Below are positions 12,594-24,306 of a stretch of DNA of 64,000 bases, piece after piece (position 1 is the first letter of the stretch; each line of letters starts with the position of its first letter). The position numbers and the translations under genes were made by a program. The DNA is from Mobula birostris (Eukaryota): positions 26,233,629 through 26,297,628 of the forward strand of contig NC_092384.1 of NCBI RefSeq assembly GCF_030028105.1. Direction: 5' to 3'. Below the pieces are notes generated by a model. It was not told the DNA's origin and ran no database searches. It saw only the letters and a program-made list of their open reading frames with translations.

Positions 12594-12956
12594 AAAAAGA
12601 TTGTTCTGGAAGACCAAATCAGCTGGCCTCAGCCCTAGTAAGTGCTAAACTCTCCGGAGACATACAGTATACAGTCACCTTGCAACACACACAAAATGCT
12701 GGAGCATCTCAGTAGGTCAGGCAGCATCTATGGAGGGGAATAAAGAGTCGATCTTTCAGGCTGAGACCTTTCATCAGGATTGGAAAGGAGAGGGGAAGAA
12801 GCCAAATGAGAAGGTGGGGAAGGAGTACAAGCTAAAAGGTGATAGGCGAAGCCAGGGTGAGGGGGAAGGTGGGTGGCGGAGGGGCGGAATGAAGTGAGGA
12901 GTTTGTAGGTGGATAAGGCAAAGGGCAGTAGGAGAAGATATTTTTGTTTTTTGATT
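12594..12956 (+). other. Templated insertion copied from ~15398-15742 into chymotrypsinogen A exon 3
   Basis: Near-identical direct copy (aaagattgttctggaagacc...ggagaagatat), plus short filler and loss of 12 exon nt (WVVT). Confidence 0.92.
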
Positions 12957-13997
12957 GTTTTCATTGATCAAGGAACCACCGCAGAAATGCCGACCAGAGT
13001 CAGTCTGTTACACGAGGAAAAAGGATGCTCAGTATTACCACAAAAACATCTTAAGTTTTTCTCCACCATACAGAAGTAGTTTTATTGAAAGTTGACAGTG
13101 ACTCCAGATTGCAAATTGGATAAAAGGAAACAAGACTCATAATATAACAAGGAGGTTATCAAACAGCATTGGATCATGAATTCAAAGAAATTCGTTGAAA
13201 AACAAAGTTCTAAAGATGCAATAAATAACTACTGTAAAACTAAACTTAAATTTTAAATGAAACCTATGATTAAAAATAGGGCTAATGTTGTAATACTAAG
13301 AACAGTTAAGTGGGATTTAGAAAATGATGTGGAAATCTGAAAAGTTGGATAAGAATTGCTTAAGAGGAGTTTGAAAAATGAATAAAAGATAATGTAAGGA
13401 AGTTTATGGGGATATAAGCTATTTTCCTGAAGAATATTTAAAGTAAAGAGAGCCTGGAACCAATGTGAGACAAGAGACGGAGATGAATTGTGCAAGATGA
13501 AATGGCAGCAAGATATTAAGCACTGGATTATATGATGCAAGTACTAATGGAATGAGAATCTGGATGCTACACAGAGGGATATGTCACTGCAGGAAGGGAG
13601 CAGTTCTAAAATGGAATCAAGAAGCTCCATGCAGTCGAAATAATTTGTAAAGGAGGATAATGTAATCTTAGTATTCAAATTGCCATTTAGCACTGGAGAA
13701 TTACTAATCAAAAGATAGAGAAAAATAGGCCAAGTAATCATAAACTAACTGGTATGAGGACATTTATGGATCAACTCTGAGAATCTATAATTTCCCACAA
13801 TTAGTAAGAATTCAGACATACATTAATTAAGAATAACCAGTTTGGATTTGTTAAAGATAAATAGTGATTTAGTAGAGGATTGTAGAAAGTATATATTACA
13901 TAAAGGTTTTAAGAAAGTAATTCACATGAAGCTTGTTAAATAAAAACAGACAAACATATATTAGGACAGATAAAAAGTTGATTGACAGAAACAAGAG

Positions 13998-14075
13998 AGA
14001 CAGAGAGAGAGGGTGAGAAAGAGTGAGAGTGTGTGAGAGAGAGAGAGTGAGAGAGAGAGAGAAAGTGAAAGAGAG
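13998..14075. repeat. (GA/CT)n compound microsatellite in intron 2; expanded in the mirror copy at ~24265-24390
   Basis: Directly visible. Confidence 0.85.
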
Positions 14076-14459
14076 TAGACTGGGTGGGACAGAGAGGGAA
14101 ACTGTGCACCCCAAACAATGGTGCTGAGTTCACCTTCTGACAAATTAAAGACACTTCAGGAAAACCTCTGTAATATTCAAAATTAGGAAAATGGATAATT
14201 TTTTTGAGAGTTGTGGTGACTAAAAGCAAAACAGGATTATTTAAAGAAATGCCACTGGAATGCAAACAGATTTACTTTTTAATCTGTCGAACAGGAATGA
14301 GCAGAGAAATCTCTTCATATAACTTCATCTTTTGAGCAAAGAGCTGCAAATATTGCCCATTACTGTGTCTATTAACCAAACAGGATGCAATATAAATACA
14401 GAAGTATCTGGCCTTTTGTAGCAATTTCAACAGTTCTAAGGCTTTCGTATTTTTACGTG

Positions 14460-14580
14460 TCCGAGTTGCTAGCTCGATGTTCAACCCAGCACGGATGGAA
14501 AGTGTGCAAGAGAGCCGGCTGGATTTGAACTCGGGACCCTTCGCGCTGAAGGTGGGCAATGATGCCACTATGCCACCAGC
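14460..14580 (-). mobile_element. tRNA-derived SINE (mirror copy 23743-23870 on +)
   Basis: A-box tggcatagtgg and B-box gttcaaatcc / gttcgaatcc. Confidence 0.7.
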
Positions 14581-15039
14581 CAGCGAGTCTAGTGATTAAG
14601 TTAGGGTCAAATCGGGGGTTGCTAGGCAATGTGGCTCGAAGGGCTGGAAGGGCCTATTCCGTGTTGTCTCTCTAAGTACTGTAAGTAAGAAACAACAAAA
14701 TCAAATAACTTGCTGGATAACATTAACTGACCTGCAGGGAAATCTGCCAGGGCCAGGATCCTGCAACAGCCTCTTGACCATTAACAATTCGACTGAAGCC
14801 TAACACAACCGGGGTGATGGGTGGAGATCCGCAGCCTGCACCTGGGTGGAGAGAAGCAGTTGTTCTATGTAAATGTTGCTAATTGCATTCAACATGGCAC
14901 CCTCCGTTCCAATGGTTAAAAGTAGAATTCTAATTTCAAGTGATATTACCATAGGTGACTCCGATGAAAGCGAAGCAGGAGAGAAGCCAGAGAAACGCCA
15001 TGGTGAGCTTATAACATTCTTTAAGAGACTGATGATTGG

Positions 15040-15046
15040 TTTTATA
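15040..15046 (-). promoter_or_regulatory. TATA box of chymotrypsinogen copy A (copy B equivalent at 21937-21943 on +)
   Basis: ccTATAAAAcc ~40 nt upstream of the ATG, conserved in both arms. Confidence 0.7.
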
Positions 15047-16789
15047 GGGTCTAGTTGCCATGAACTTTATAATTCAAAGTCATGAATAAAAAATGCTCTG
15101 TGTGCAAATGTTAATGACAGCATATGTTGCTTATTCCTTTTCCAAGTAAACAAACATTATACAAAGTTGTGCAGACTCTGGAAAAATGGCAATTATCCTA
15201 AACAAATGCAAATAAGGCACATATGGTCTTTGACGCATAACTTCTCAGCTCTCTGCATTCTAGCACTTGATCACAATGAGTTGCCGGTAAACACTTGCAC
15301 AGGTCAATGCAGTTCAGTGGCTGCTTTCCGAGCATCAGCGTCTTCACATTCAGTTGCTCTGATCCATCCCCATTTGTTGATCCAGTAAGAAAAATACAAA
15401 GATTGTTCTGGAAGACCAAATCAGCTGGCCTCAGCCCTAGTAAGTGCTAAACTCTCCGGAGACATACAGTATACAGTCACCTTGCACACACACAAAATGC
15501 TGGAGCATCTCAGTAGGTCAGGCAGCATCTATGGAGGGGAATAAAGAGTCGATCTTTCAGGCTGAGACCTTTCATCAGGATTGGAAAGGAGAGGGGAAGA
15601 AGCCAAATGAGAAGGTGGGGAAGGAGTACAAGCTAAAAGGTGATAGGCGAAGCCAGGGTGAGGGGGAAGGTGGGTGGCGGAGGGGCGGAATGAAGTGAGG
15701 AGTTTGTAGGTGGATAAGGCAAAGGGCAGTAGGAGAAGATATCGGATTGAAGAGGACATGGGGAAATGCGAAGGAGGAGAGGCACCAAGAGGAGGTGACA
15801 GGCAGATTAAGAGAAGAGGGGAGTCAAAATGGGGAATGCGAAAAAGGGAGAAAGTGGGGGGGGGGGAAATTACTGGAAGTGACTGGGTGCAAACTTAATG
15901 AAGTGCAGGTGTCTTTGAGAATCAGAATTAAATGTACTGTTGCCATACAGGCCTAAGATGATCAGCCTCAACAATCTCACTGAAGTCTCACATTAACTTA
16001 TTGGTGACACTTTCTTCAAAACACTTTCAACGTCTTTTCCCAAACCTTTAATGTACCTCACTCGTGGCCCTCTGAGTTCTCTCTTTCTCCCGGTCAGGGA
16101 ACTGAGCTGGAAGCTTGCTCTACTCTCACATGCAGTGTGAAGCTGGAGAGATCTAGATGACTGCCTTGGATTGAATTACATTTTTTGGAGATTAATTTTG
16201 GGTGCTGTATGTTTCTGATAACATGAACCCCTGGGTTTCACACAGTGGGAGTGTCATAAATAACAAAGAATGATATTTATAAGGAAAGCTAGTTTTCTTG
16301 CATAAAATTCATGCATAATATTTATCATACCTTGTACGTATGAGAAAATGTCCTTACAGTTCTGATTTTCATTTAACTTCCATTTTAATAGGTGTTTAGA
16401 TTCACCTAATATAGTACCAAGAATACTTACACGTAAACAAATCAGGAGCACTAGTAGTCCACTCAGCCCTTTGATATCGTCTACCGTTCCTTATGATTAT
16501 GGCTAATCTGAATGACCCTACCTGCAGTAACCTTTTAGACTTCGGCTTACCAACAATCTATCTAACACTGCCTTAAAAATATTACAAAACTCTGTTTCCA
16601 ACACTGTTTAAGGTAGAAGGTCCTGGAAACTCATGACCTTCTGAAAGAGAAGACAATCTCCCCTCATTTCTTTCTCAATTGAGCAAAGAGTATTTTTAAA
16701 CAGCGATCCCCAGTTATAGGTTCTCCTATGAGGAAGCATCCTCTTCACATTCACTTTATCAAGTCCCCTCAGAGTCAATTGTGTTTCAA

Positions 16790-17260
16790 ACACATCGAAG
16801 CCCCACTATGCTGGTGAGACCTGGTGGAGATTGGGGGGGCCGATTCATCGAACACTACAACAGACAGGATTTCTTGGTGGCCACCCATTTTAATACCAAT
16901 CCCCATTCCCATTCCAACATTTCAGTCCATGGCCTCCTCTCTTACCCTTCTCTTCTCCTCACCTGTCATCACCTCTCTCCCCAGTGCCCCTCCTTCTTCT
17001 CTCTCTCCCATGGTCTACTGTCCTCTCCGATTAGATTCCTTCTTCTTCAATTATTTACATCATGCACCTACCTTCTCCCTACTTCTCATTTCATCCCCTC
17101 TCCCTCACCTGGTTTCACCTATCACTTTCCAGCTTGGACTCCATCCCTTCAACCCACCAAGTGAGACCTGGTGGAGATTGGGGGGGGCCGCTTTGTCGAG
17201 CACTACAACAGACAGGATTTCTCGGTGGCCACCCATTTCAATACCAATCCCCATTCCTGT
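16790..17260 (+). mobile_element. Penelope-like 3' fragments with a ~100-nt direct duplication (16815-16910 / 17161-17258), in the palindrome spacer
   Basis: VATHFN..HSHS..SVHGLL (GIY-YIG C-terminal region); repeated gtgagacctggtggagattggggggg. Confidence 0.65.
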
Positions 17261-19529
17261 ACTTTTTAAAGTTGTATTGGATCCAGATCATTTTGCTCTT
17301 CTTTACACTTGTACCAAAGAATGGCGATAAACAATCTTGAATATTGAAAGAAATAAACTTTGATAAACAAGCCTGCTGGTTTGTCCTGCTCTGGGGAAGC
17401 GAGGCACTGAAAGAGGCACTGGAAAATCCCAAACATTTCTGATCCTGGCTGTAACACCTCTCCTCCCCTCCATTGCTTCATGAGCAATTCCCAAAATAAG
17501 TGCCTACAGTACCCATGCCTGCTTCTATCTCCAACGGATGGAAGCAATATTTCAGTTCAGAGCAACTGAATGATTTGAAGTTTACTTTATTCTACTGCCT
17601 ACAGGGCATGGGATTAGCAACAGAGCTTCCAAATTCCTGCAGTCGAAAACAGCAAAGCTCCCCAATGCAGGGTGTAATGAATGTAGGCCCAACTAAAATC
17701 CTGGGCTAATGTCAATAAAAGCAGACTAGAAATGAAGCCACTGTCTTATTTCATATGCTGCCGTCACACAGCTGAACAGTGGAGTGGGTATCTGAAAAGG
17801 GCTGCAGAATTCCAGAGCAATGGGTGTGTGAATCAGTTTGCCTTCTGCTATTGACAGAGCAGAATTTCTACTTCATGCACTATTTGATTAAAATCATTAA
17901 GTAGCAACCCGACTTATTGGTAGGTTTATCATCAGCACTTAAAGTAAAATTTAAACAGGCATATATTCCAATGTTTGATGAAAATCAAAAGAACTGCAGA
18001 AGATGGAAAGGTGAAATCATAGCGGAAAATGTTGGAAAAACCCATGAAGAGTGAGCTGTTCTCCTTTCCATGGAAGGGGCCTGACTTCCCAAGTTTCCAG
18101 CATGTTCGGTTTTTATTCAAATCCTTCTCCAGTCCAGAGATAACTTCATGACATGAAGTAAGTTCCTGACGAAGGGTCTCAGCCTGAAACGTAGACTGTC
18201 CCTCTTCCTAGAGATGCTGCCTGGCCTGCTATGATCACCAGCAACTTTGATGTGTGTTGCTTGAAGTAAGTTAATGTGGGTCTAAGTCGAAGTTAAGTTT
18301 ATGCCCAAGTGCATGTATAAGGGGCATGTTCCTCTCACTGTCTGTAAGGAGTTCGCATGTTCTTCCCGTCACCGCTTGGCTTTCCTCTGGGTGCTCTGAT
18401 TTCCTCCCACGTTCCAACATTCAGTTCATTAGCTCAACAGGTCACATGGGTGCAGTTGGGCAGCGCAAGAAGGACCTGTTACCGTGCTGTGTCTCTCAAT
18501 AAAAACCAAACACAGGTGCAATGGAAAACTTGGTTGCAACAGTATCAAAGGGACAAGGCGAGACATACACAACATTCACAAGAAAAACGTAAATGATATA
18601 GGAAAGATCACAACTACAACAAAAATGCAATTGCAGGTCAAAGTGGTCATAGCTAGCATTTCTCTGCTGTGGTAGTGATTAGGGTTGTATGGGTTGGTTC
18701 CAGAACTGAATGGTCGAAGGGAAGTTGCTGTTTAAAACTTCTAATAATTAGAGGAAAACCTGAGTTGGGCTCTGCTGAAGCAAATAGAATAGAGTTTCCT
18801 ATTTTCCACTTTGCTAAAGTGTTGTGCAAGAAACCGGTTATTTACATAAGACAAGGTCACGTGTATCCAGTTACCTGTTGGAAGCTTTCTCTCTGCAGTT
18901 ATTTGATAACCTACGATACTGAATCTCTTGTGCTGTTAACGAACAGTGTCGTTCCTTTCCAAACAGAAAGTTGCTAATCTGCTTCTTTTCTTATATATTT
19001 TGATTATTTGAAGACAAATAATGAGACATTATTTTTACACTTCCATAGTGTACATTAGTTGATGCAGTACATATGTGAGTTTTCCTTAGGTCTGCTGTGG
19101 AAAACTGGCAGAATTCCTGGGTTGAAAGCGATATGAAATCAGCCATGATGGACTGGTGGAGCTGACCATTTGGAATGAATTAGCCTAATTCTGCTCCTGT
19201 GTCTTATGGGTTTATGGTCACGCCCCTGAGAAAGTTCTATAGAATTTCTGGTCCACAACAAAACTTGTGAAAGTAAATATGTTTCCTTCAGTTTCTGAAT
19301 CTCACTTGGTACTCCGGTTAAAAGCATGGATAAAAAGAAAGGAACTACAGTTTCTGTTTAGTGCTTTTTAACAGAATGCCTGCAGGCATAAAGGACCGAG
19401 AAAGAGACAGCAAAGGGGACAACACAATAATTCAAACACAAAAATCAACATCTTTGTTTTCTGCCCTTTAACCAATGTCTTACCCATCCTTTGTGCTCCC
19501 TTGTGTACTGTGCATTTCTGTTTTATAAA

Positions 19530-20320
19530 CAAGCCTGGTTCTTAAAGCGATAAATGCGAAAACAGTTCTTAAAGCGGTAAAGTCAAACACAATTCTTAAA
19601 ATGGTAAATTCGAAAGCCCAACAGATTTATACATTCAACGGGAGAGACTTCTCTGGAGAAGGATTTCTTCATATACGCGACTTTCCTGCTGGTTCTGTCC
19701 AAAGGATTCATACTGAAGGAAATAAACAGCTTAAAACAACTGACCTTAATTTCTAGAGAGCAAATTCTGACGAACGATACCATCTTCTCTTAATCCTTCA
19801 ATCCTGTACTTCGATGAAGTCTTCGCTCTCCAATACTACTGAAAAGGTACATTAACAAATCTGGCAAAAAGGGTAAACTGCCAATTCAGCACTATTGTAC
19901 CTTGCAACAGAACGTAACACTCCATTTTAAAAATGAAACTGCATCATAAAAACAAACACACAACAGAACGGAGACATTGACAAACATTCTAGTTGGAAAA
20001 CTAATAACTAACTGCGTCACCAGAGATCTTCCCTTTTATACACGTGGTGCACATGTCATCGCGTGACCTCATATCGGCGGGAAAATTACATCAGGTGACC
20101 TCCAAAAGACCACTACATCATTCTCACAAGATCACCTTGAGGCATGTAACACTTCCCTCCAAAAAAAATTTGGTCTCTTAAGGAGCAAAATTTTAACAAT
20201 TAACAATTTACACAAAAAAATACAAAGGTATAAAATTTACAACGTACACAATATATACAGTCTTATCTTTCAGCACTTTACAAACTAATATATAGCATGA
20301 GTGTTACAAATGTTAAAATA
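19530..20320 (-). mobile_element. Probable LTR-retrotransposon 3' end (PPT plus LTR) abutting the inner end of the right arm
   Basis: On the - strand, tttttttGGAGGGAAG (polypurine tract) is followed directly by TGTTACA at 20151; TATAAAAGGG inside at ~20031-20040. Distal LTR end not defined. Confidence 0.5.
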
Positions 20321-21977
20321 AGATTTTTTTTTCTCTTTCAGAAGGTCATAAGTTTCCAGGACCTCTGTTTCCAACGCCTTAAACAGCGTTGGAAACAGAG
20401 TTTTGTAATATTTTTAAGGCAGTGTTAGATAGATTGTTGGTAAGCCAAAGTCTAAAAGGTTACTGCAGGTAGGGTCATTCAGATTAGCCATAATCATAAG
20501 GAACAGTAGACAATATCAAAAGGCCAAGTGGCTTACAAGTGCTCCTGATTTGTTTACATGTAAGTATTCTTGGTACTATATTAGGTGAATCTAAACACCT
20601 ATTAAAATGGAAGTCAAATGAAAATCAGAACTGTAAGGACATTTTCTCACACGTACAGGGTATGATAAATATTATGCATGAATTTTATGCAAGAAAACTA
20701 GCTTTCCTTATAAATATCATTCTTTGTTATTTATGACACTCCCACTGTGTGAAACCCAGGGGTTCATGTTATCAGAAACATACAGCACCCAAAAATAATC
20801 TCCAAAAAATGTAATTCAATCCAAGGCAGTCATCTAGATCTCTCCAGCTTCACACTGCATGTGAGAGTAGAGCAAGCCTCCAGCTCAGTTCCCTGACCGG
20901 GAGAAAGAGAGAACTCAGAGGGCCACGAGTGAGGTACATTAAAGGTTTGGGAAAAGACGTTGAAAGTGCTTTGAAGAAAGTGTCACCAGTAGGTTAATAT
21001 GAGACTTCAGTGAGATTGTTGAGGCTGATCATCTTAGGCCTGTATGGCAACAGTACGTTTAATTCTGATTCTCAAAGACACCTGCACTTCATTAAGTTTG
21101 CACCCAGTCGCTTCCAGTAATTTTCCCCCCTCCACTTTTTCCCTTTTTCGCATTCCCCATTCTGAATCCCCTCTTCTCTTAATCTGCCTGTCACCTCCTC
21201 CTGGTGCCCCTCCTCCTTCGCATTTCCCCATGTCCTCTTCAATCCGATATCTTCTCCTACTGCCCTTTGCCTTATCCACCTACAAACTCCTCACTTCATT
21301 CCGCCCCTCCGCCACCCACCTTCCCCCTCACCCTGGCTTCACCTTTTAGCTTGTACTCCTTCCCCACCTTCTCATTTGGCTTCTTCCCCCTCCCTTTTCA
21401 ATCCTGATGAAGAGTCTCAGCCTGAAAGATCGACTCTTTATTCCCCTCCATAGATGCTGCCTGACCTACTGAGATGCTCCAGCATTTTGTGTGTGTTGCA
21501 AGGTGACTGTATACTGTATGTCTCCGGAGAGTTTAGCACTTACTAGGGCTGAGGCCAGCTGATTTGGTCTTCCAGAACAATCTTTGTATTTTTCTTACTG
21601 GATCAACAAATGGGGGTGGATCGGAGCAACTGAATGTGAAGACACTGATGCTCGGAAAGCAGCCACTGAATTGCATTGACCTGTGCAAGTGTTTACCGGC
21701 AACTCATTGTGATCAAGTGCTAGAATGCAGAGAGCTGAGAAGTTATGCGTCAAAGACCATATGTGCCTTATTTGCATTTGTTTAGGATAATTGCCATTTT
21801 TCCAGAGTCTGCACAACTTTGTATAATGTTTGTTTACTTGGAAAAGGAATAAGCAACATATGCTGTCATTAACATTTGCACACAGAGCATTTTTTATTCA
21901 TGACTTTGAATTATAAAGTTCATGGCAACTAGACCCTATAAAACCAATCATCAGTCTCTTAAAGAATGTTATAAGCT

Positions 21978-22177
21978 TGCTGGGCACGTGGACTCAAGGT
22001 CACAAATTTGAGCCTCAGCTGTGGCAGCGTGGTTTGTGCCTTTGAGCAAGGCACTTAATCACACATTGCTCTAGTCTGTGCGAGGAGTGGCGCCCCACAC
22101 AGGCTTCCAATCTGCGCCTTGTAAGGCATGAGAATGCCCGACGCAGGCCTCTCAAGGTCTGAGTCGACGTTCCCCCC
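21978..22177 (+). mobile_element. CORE-type SINE inserted in the 5'UTR of chymotrypsinogen copy B
   Basis: Absent from copy A (ataagctcaccATG). Flanked by taagct/taagtt, and contains CORE-like ctttgagcaaggcacttaa. Confidence 0.75.
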
Positions 22178-22414
22178 TAAGTTCACCATGGCGTTTCTCT
22201 GGCTTCTCTCCTGCTCCGCTTTCATTGGGGTCACCTATGGTAATATCACTTGAAATTAGAATTCTAGTTTTAACCATTGGAACAGAGGGTGCCGTGTTGA
22301 ATGCAATTAGCAACATTTACATAGAGCAACTGCTTCTCTCCACCCAGGTGCAGGCTGCGGATCTCCAGCCATCACCCCGGTTCTGTCAGGCTACAGTCGA
22401 ATTGTCAATGGTGA

Positions 22415-23658
22415 ACAATCAGCAGCCATGGGCTCTTCTAAGCAGCTGCCTAGAACTCTGAAAATTAAAATAAATGATGCCCACAAAGCAGGAAAAGGCT
22501 ATAAGAAGATAGCAAAGCGTTTTCAGGTAGCCGTTCCCTCAGTTCGTAATGTAATTAAGAAATGGCATTTAACAGGAACGGTGGAGGTCAAGTTGAGGTC
22601 TGGAAGACCAAGAAAACTTTCCAAGAGAACTGCTTGTAGGATTGCTAGAAAGGCAAATCAAAACCCCTGTTTGACAGCAAAAGATCTTCAGGAAGATTTA
22701 GCAGACTCTGGAGTGGTGGTGCACTGTTCTACTGTGCAGCGACACCTGCACAAATATGACCTTCAAGGAAGAAAAACTTTCCTGCGTCCTCACCACAAAA
22801 TTCAGCATCAGAAGCTTGCAAAGGAACATCTAAACAAGCCTGATGCATTTTGGAAACAAGTCCTGTGGACTGATTAAGTTAAAATAGAACTTTTTGGCCG
22901 CAATGAGCAAAGGTATGTTTGGAGAAAAAAGGGTGCAGAATTTCATGAAAAGAACACCTCTCCAACAGTTAAGCACGGGGGTAGATCGATCATGCTTTGG
23001 GCTTGTGTTGCAGCCAGTGGCACGGGGAACATTTCACTGGTAGAGGAAAGAATGAATTCAATTAAATACCAGCAAATTCTGGAAGTAAACGTCACACCAT
23101 CTGTAAAAAAGCTGAAGATGAAAAGAGGATGGTTTCTATAACAGGATAATGATTCTAAACACACCTCAGAATCCACAATGGACTACCTCAAGAGGCACAA
23201 GCTGAAGGTTTTGCCATGCCCCTCACAGTCCCCCGACCTAAACATCTTCGAAAAACTGTAGGTAGACCTCAAAAGAGCAGTGCATGTAAGACGGCCCAAG
23301 AATCTCACAGAACTAGAAGCCTTTTGCAAGGAAGAATGGGTGAAAATCCCCCAAACAAGAATTGAAAGACTCTTAGCTGGCTACAGAAAGCGTTTACAAG
23401 TTGTGATACTTGCCAAAGGGGGTGTTACTAAGTACTGACCATGCAGGGTGCCCAAACCTTTGCTTCAGGCCCTTTTCCTTTTTTGTTATTTTGAAACTGT
23501 TAAAGATGGAAATAAAAAAGTAATCTTACTTAAAATATTAAAGAAATGTGTCATCTTTAACTTCATGCCTTTTGGAAATCAGGTCATCTTTTACTCGCTT
23601 AGCTATTCACAGTAACAGAAATTTTGACCAGGGGTGCCCAAACTTTTGCATACCACTG
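22415..23658 (+). mobile_element. Tc1 (DD34E-type, IR/DR) DNA transposon; left end deleted, transposase carries internal stops
   Basis: ORF 22428-22877 (HTH domains, GRPRK, WTD) continues past stops as VKHGG, QDND.KH, SPDLN..E to ..TKY* at 23438. Direct repeats gggtgcccaaac at ~23446 and ~23632; terminus cactg-TA. Confidence 0.93.
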
Positions 23659-24263
23659 TATTTAGAATAGGCCCTTCCAGCCCTTCGAACCACATTGCCC
23701 AGCAACACTCGATTTAACCCTAACCTAATCACTAGACTCACCAGCTGGTGGCATAGTGGCATCAGTGCTGGACTTCAGCGCAAAGGCTCCCAAGTTCGAA
23801 TCCAGCCGGCTCCCTTGCACGCTTTCCATCCATGCTGGGTTGAACGTCCAGCTAGCAACTTGGCTTTGTAAAAATACGAAAGCCTTAGAACTGTTGAAAT
23901 TGCTACAAAAGGCCAAATAATTCTGTATTTATATTGCATCCTGTTTGGTTAATAGACACAGTAATGGGCAATACTTGCTGCTCTTTGCCCAAAAGGTGAA
24001 GTTATATGAAGAGCTGTCTCTGCTCATTCCTGTTTGACAGATTAAAAAGTAAATATGTTTGCATTCCAGTTTTAAAACAACAGGATTATTTTCTTTAAAT
24101 AATCCTGTTTTGCCTTCAGTCACCACAACTCTCGAAAAAATTATCTATTTTCCTAATTTTGAATATTACAGAGGTTTTCCTGAAGTGTCTTTCATTTGTC
24201 GGAAAGTGAACTCAATGCCATTGTTTGGGGTGCACAGTTTCCCTCTCTGTCCCACCCAGTCTA

Positions 24264-24306
<43 letters not shown>

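Larger units (their letters stand above)
5702..15001 (-). pseudogene. Chymotrypsinogen (CTRB / chymotrypsin A-like) copy A; all 7 exons present but disrupted
   Basis: Exons: 14950-15001 ([17 protein letters not shown]), 14732-14835 (..[21 protein letters not shown]), exon 3 split into 12957-13004 and 12574-12593, 12175-12256, 9561-9741, 5950-6083 (..SSCM) and 5702-5863. A 363-nt insertion in exon 3 brings a stop, and the catalytic motif reads GDSDDP. Confidence 0.92.
1..16659 (+). repeat. Left arm of large inverted segmental duplication (palindrome 1); probably extends left of the window
   Basis: Position 1 (tgggccgaagagcctgtc) is the reverse complement of 40521-40538. Paired ORFs mirror throughout (2643/37692, 5702/32075, 9427/27176, 16254/20539). 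Homology ends near gagaagacaatct at ~16659. Confidence 0.95.

Noticed and set aside
13896-14265. Leu/Ser-rich ORFs (also 24059-24487)
   Set aside because: Translations of CT microsatellites.
14460-14580. tRNA-like A/B boxes
   Set aside because: No full cloverleaf; runs into a SINE body, so treated as a SINE rather than a tRNA gene.
14836-14841. Tandem acceptors (cccag|gtgcag|) at chymotrypsinogen exon 2
   Set aside because: Both are in frame and differ by two residues near the signal cleavage site; negligible in pseudogenes.
15121-15144. Possible pancreatic PTF1 site (E-box CATATG plus TTTTCCA) upstream of chymotrypsinogen
   Set aside because: The E-box type and spacing do not fit the canonical one- or two-turn arrangement well; too weak to call.
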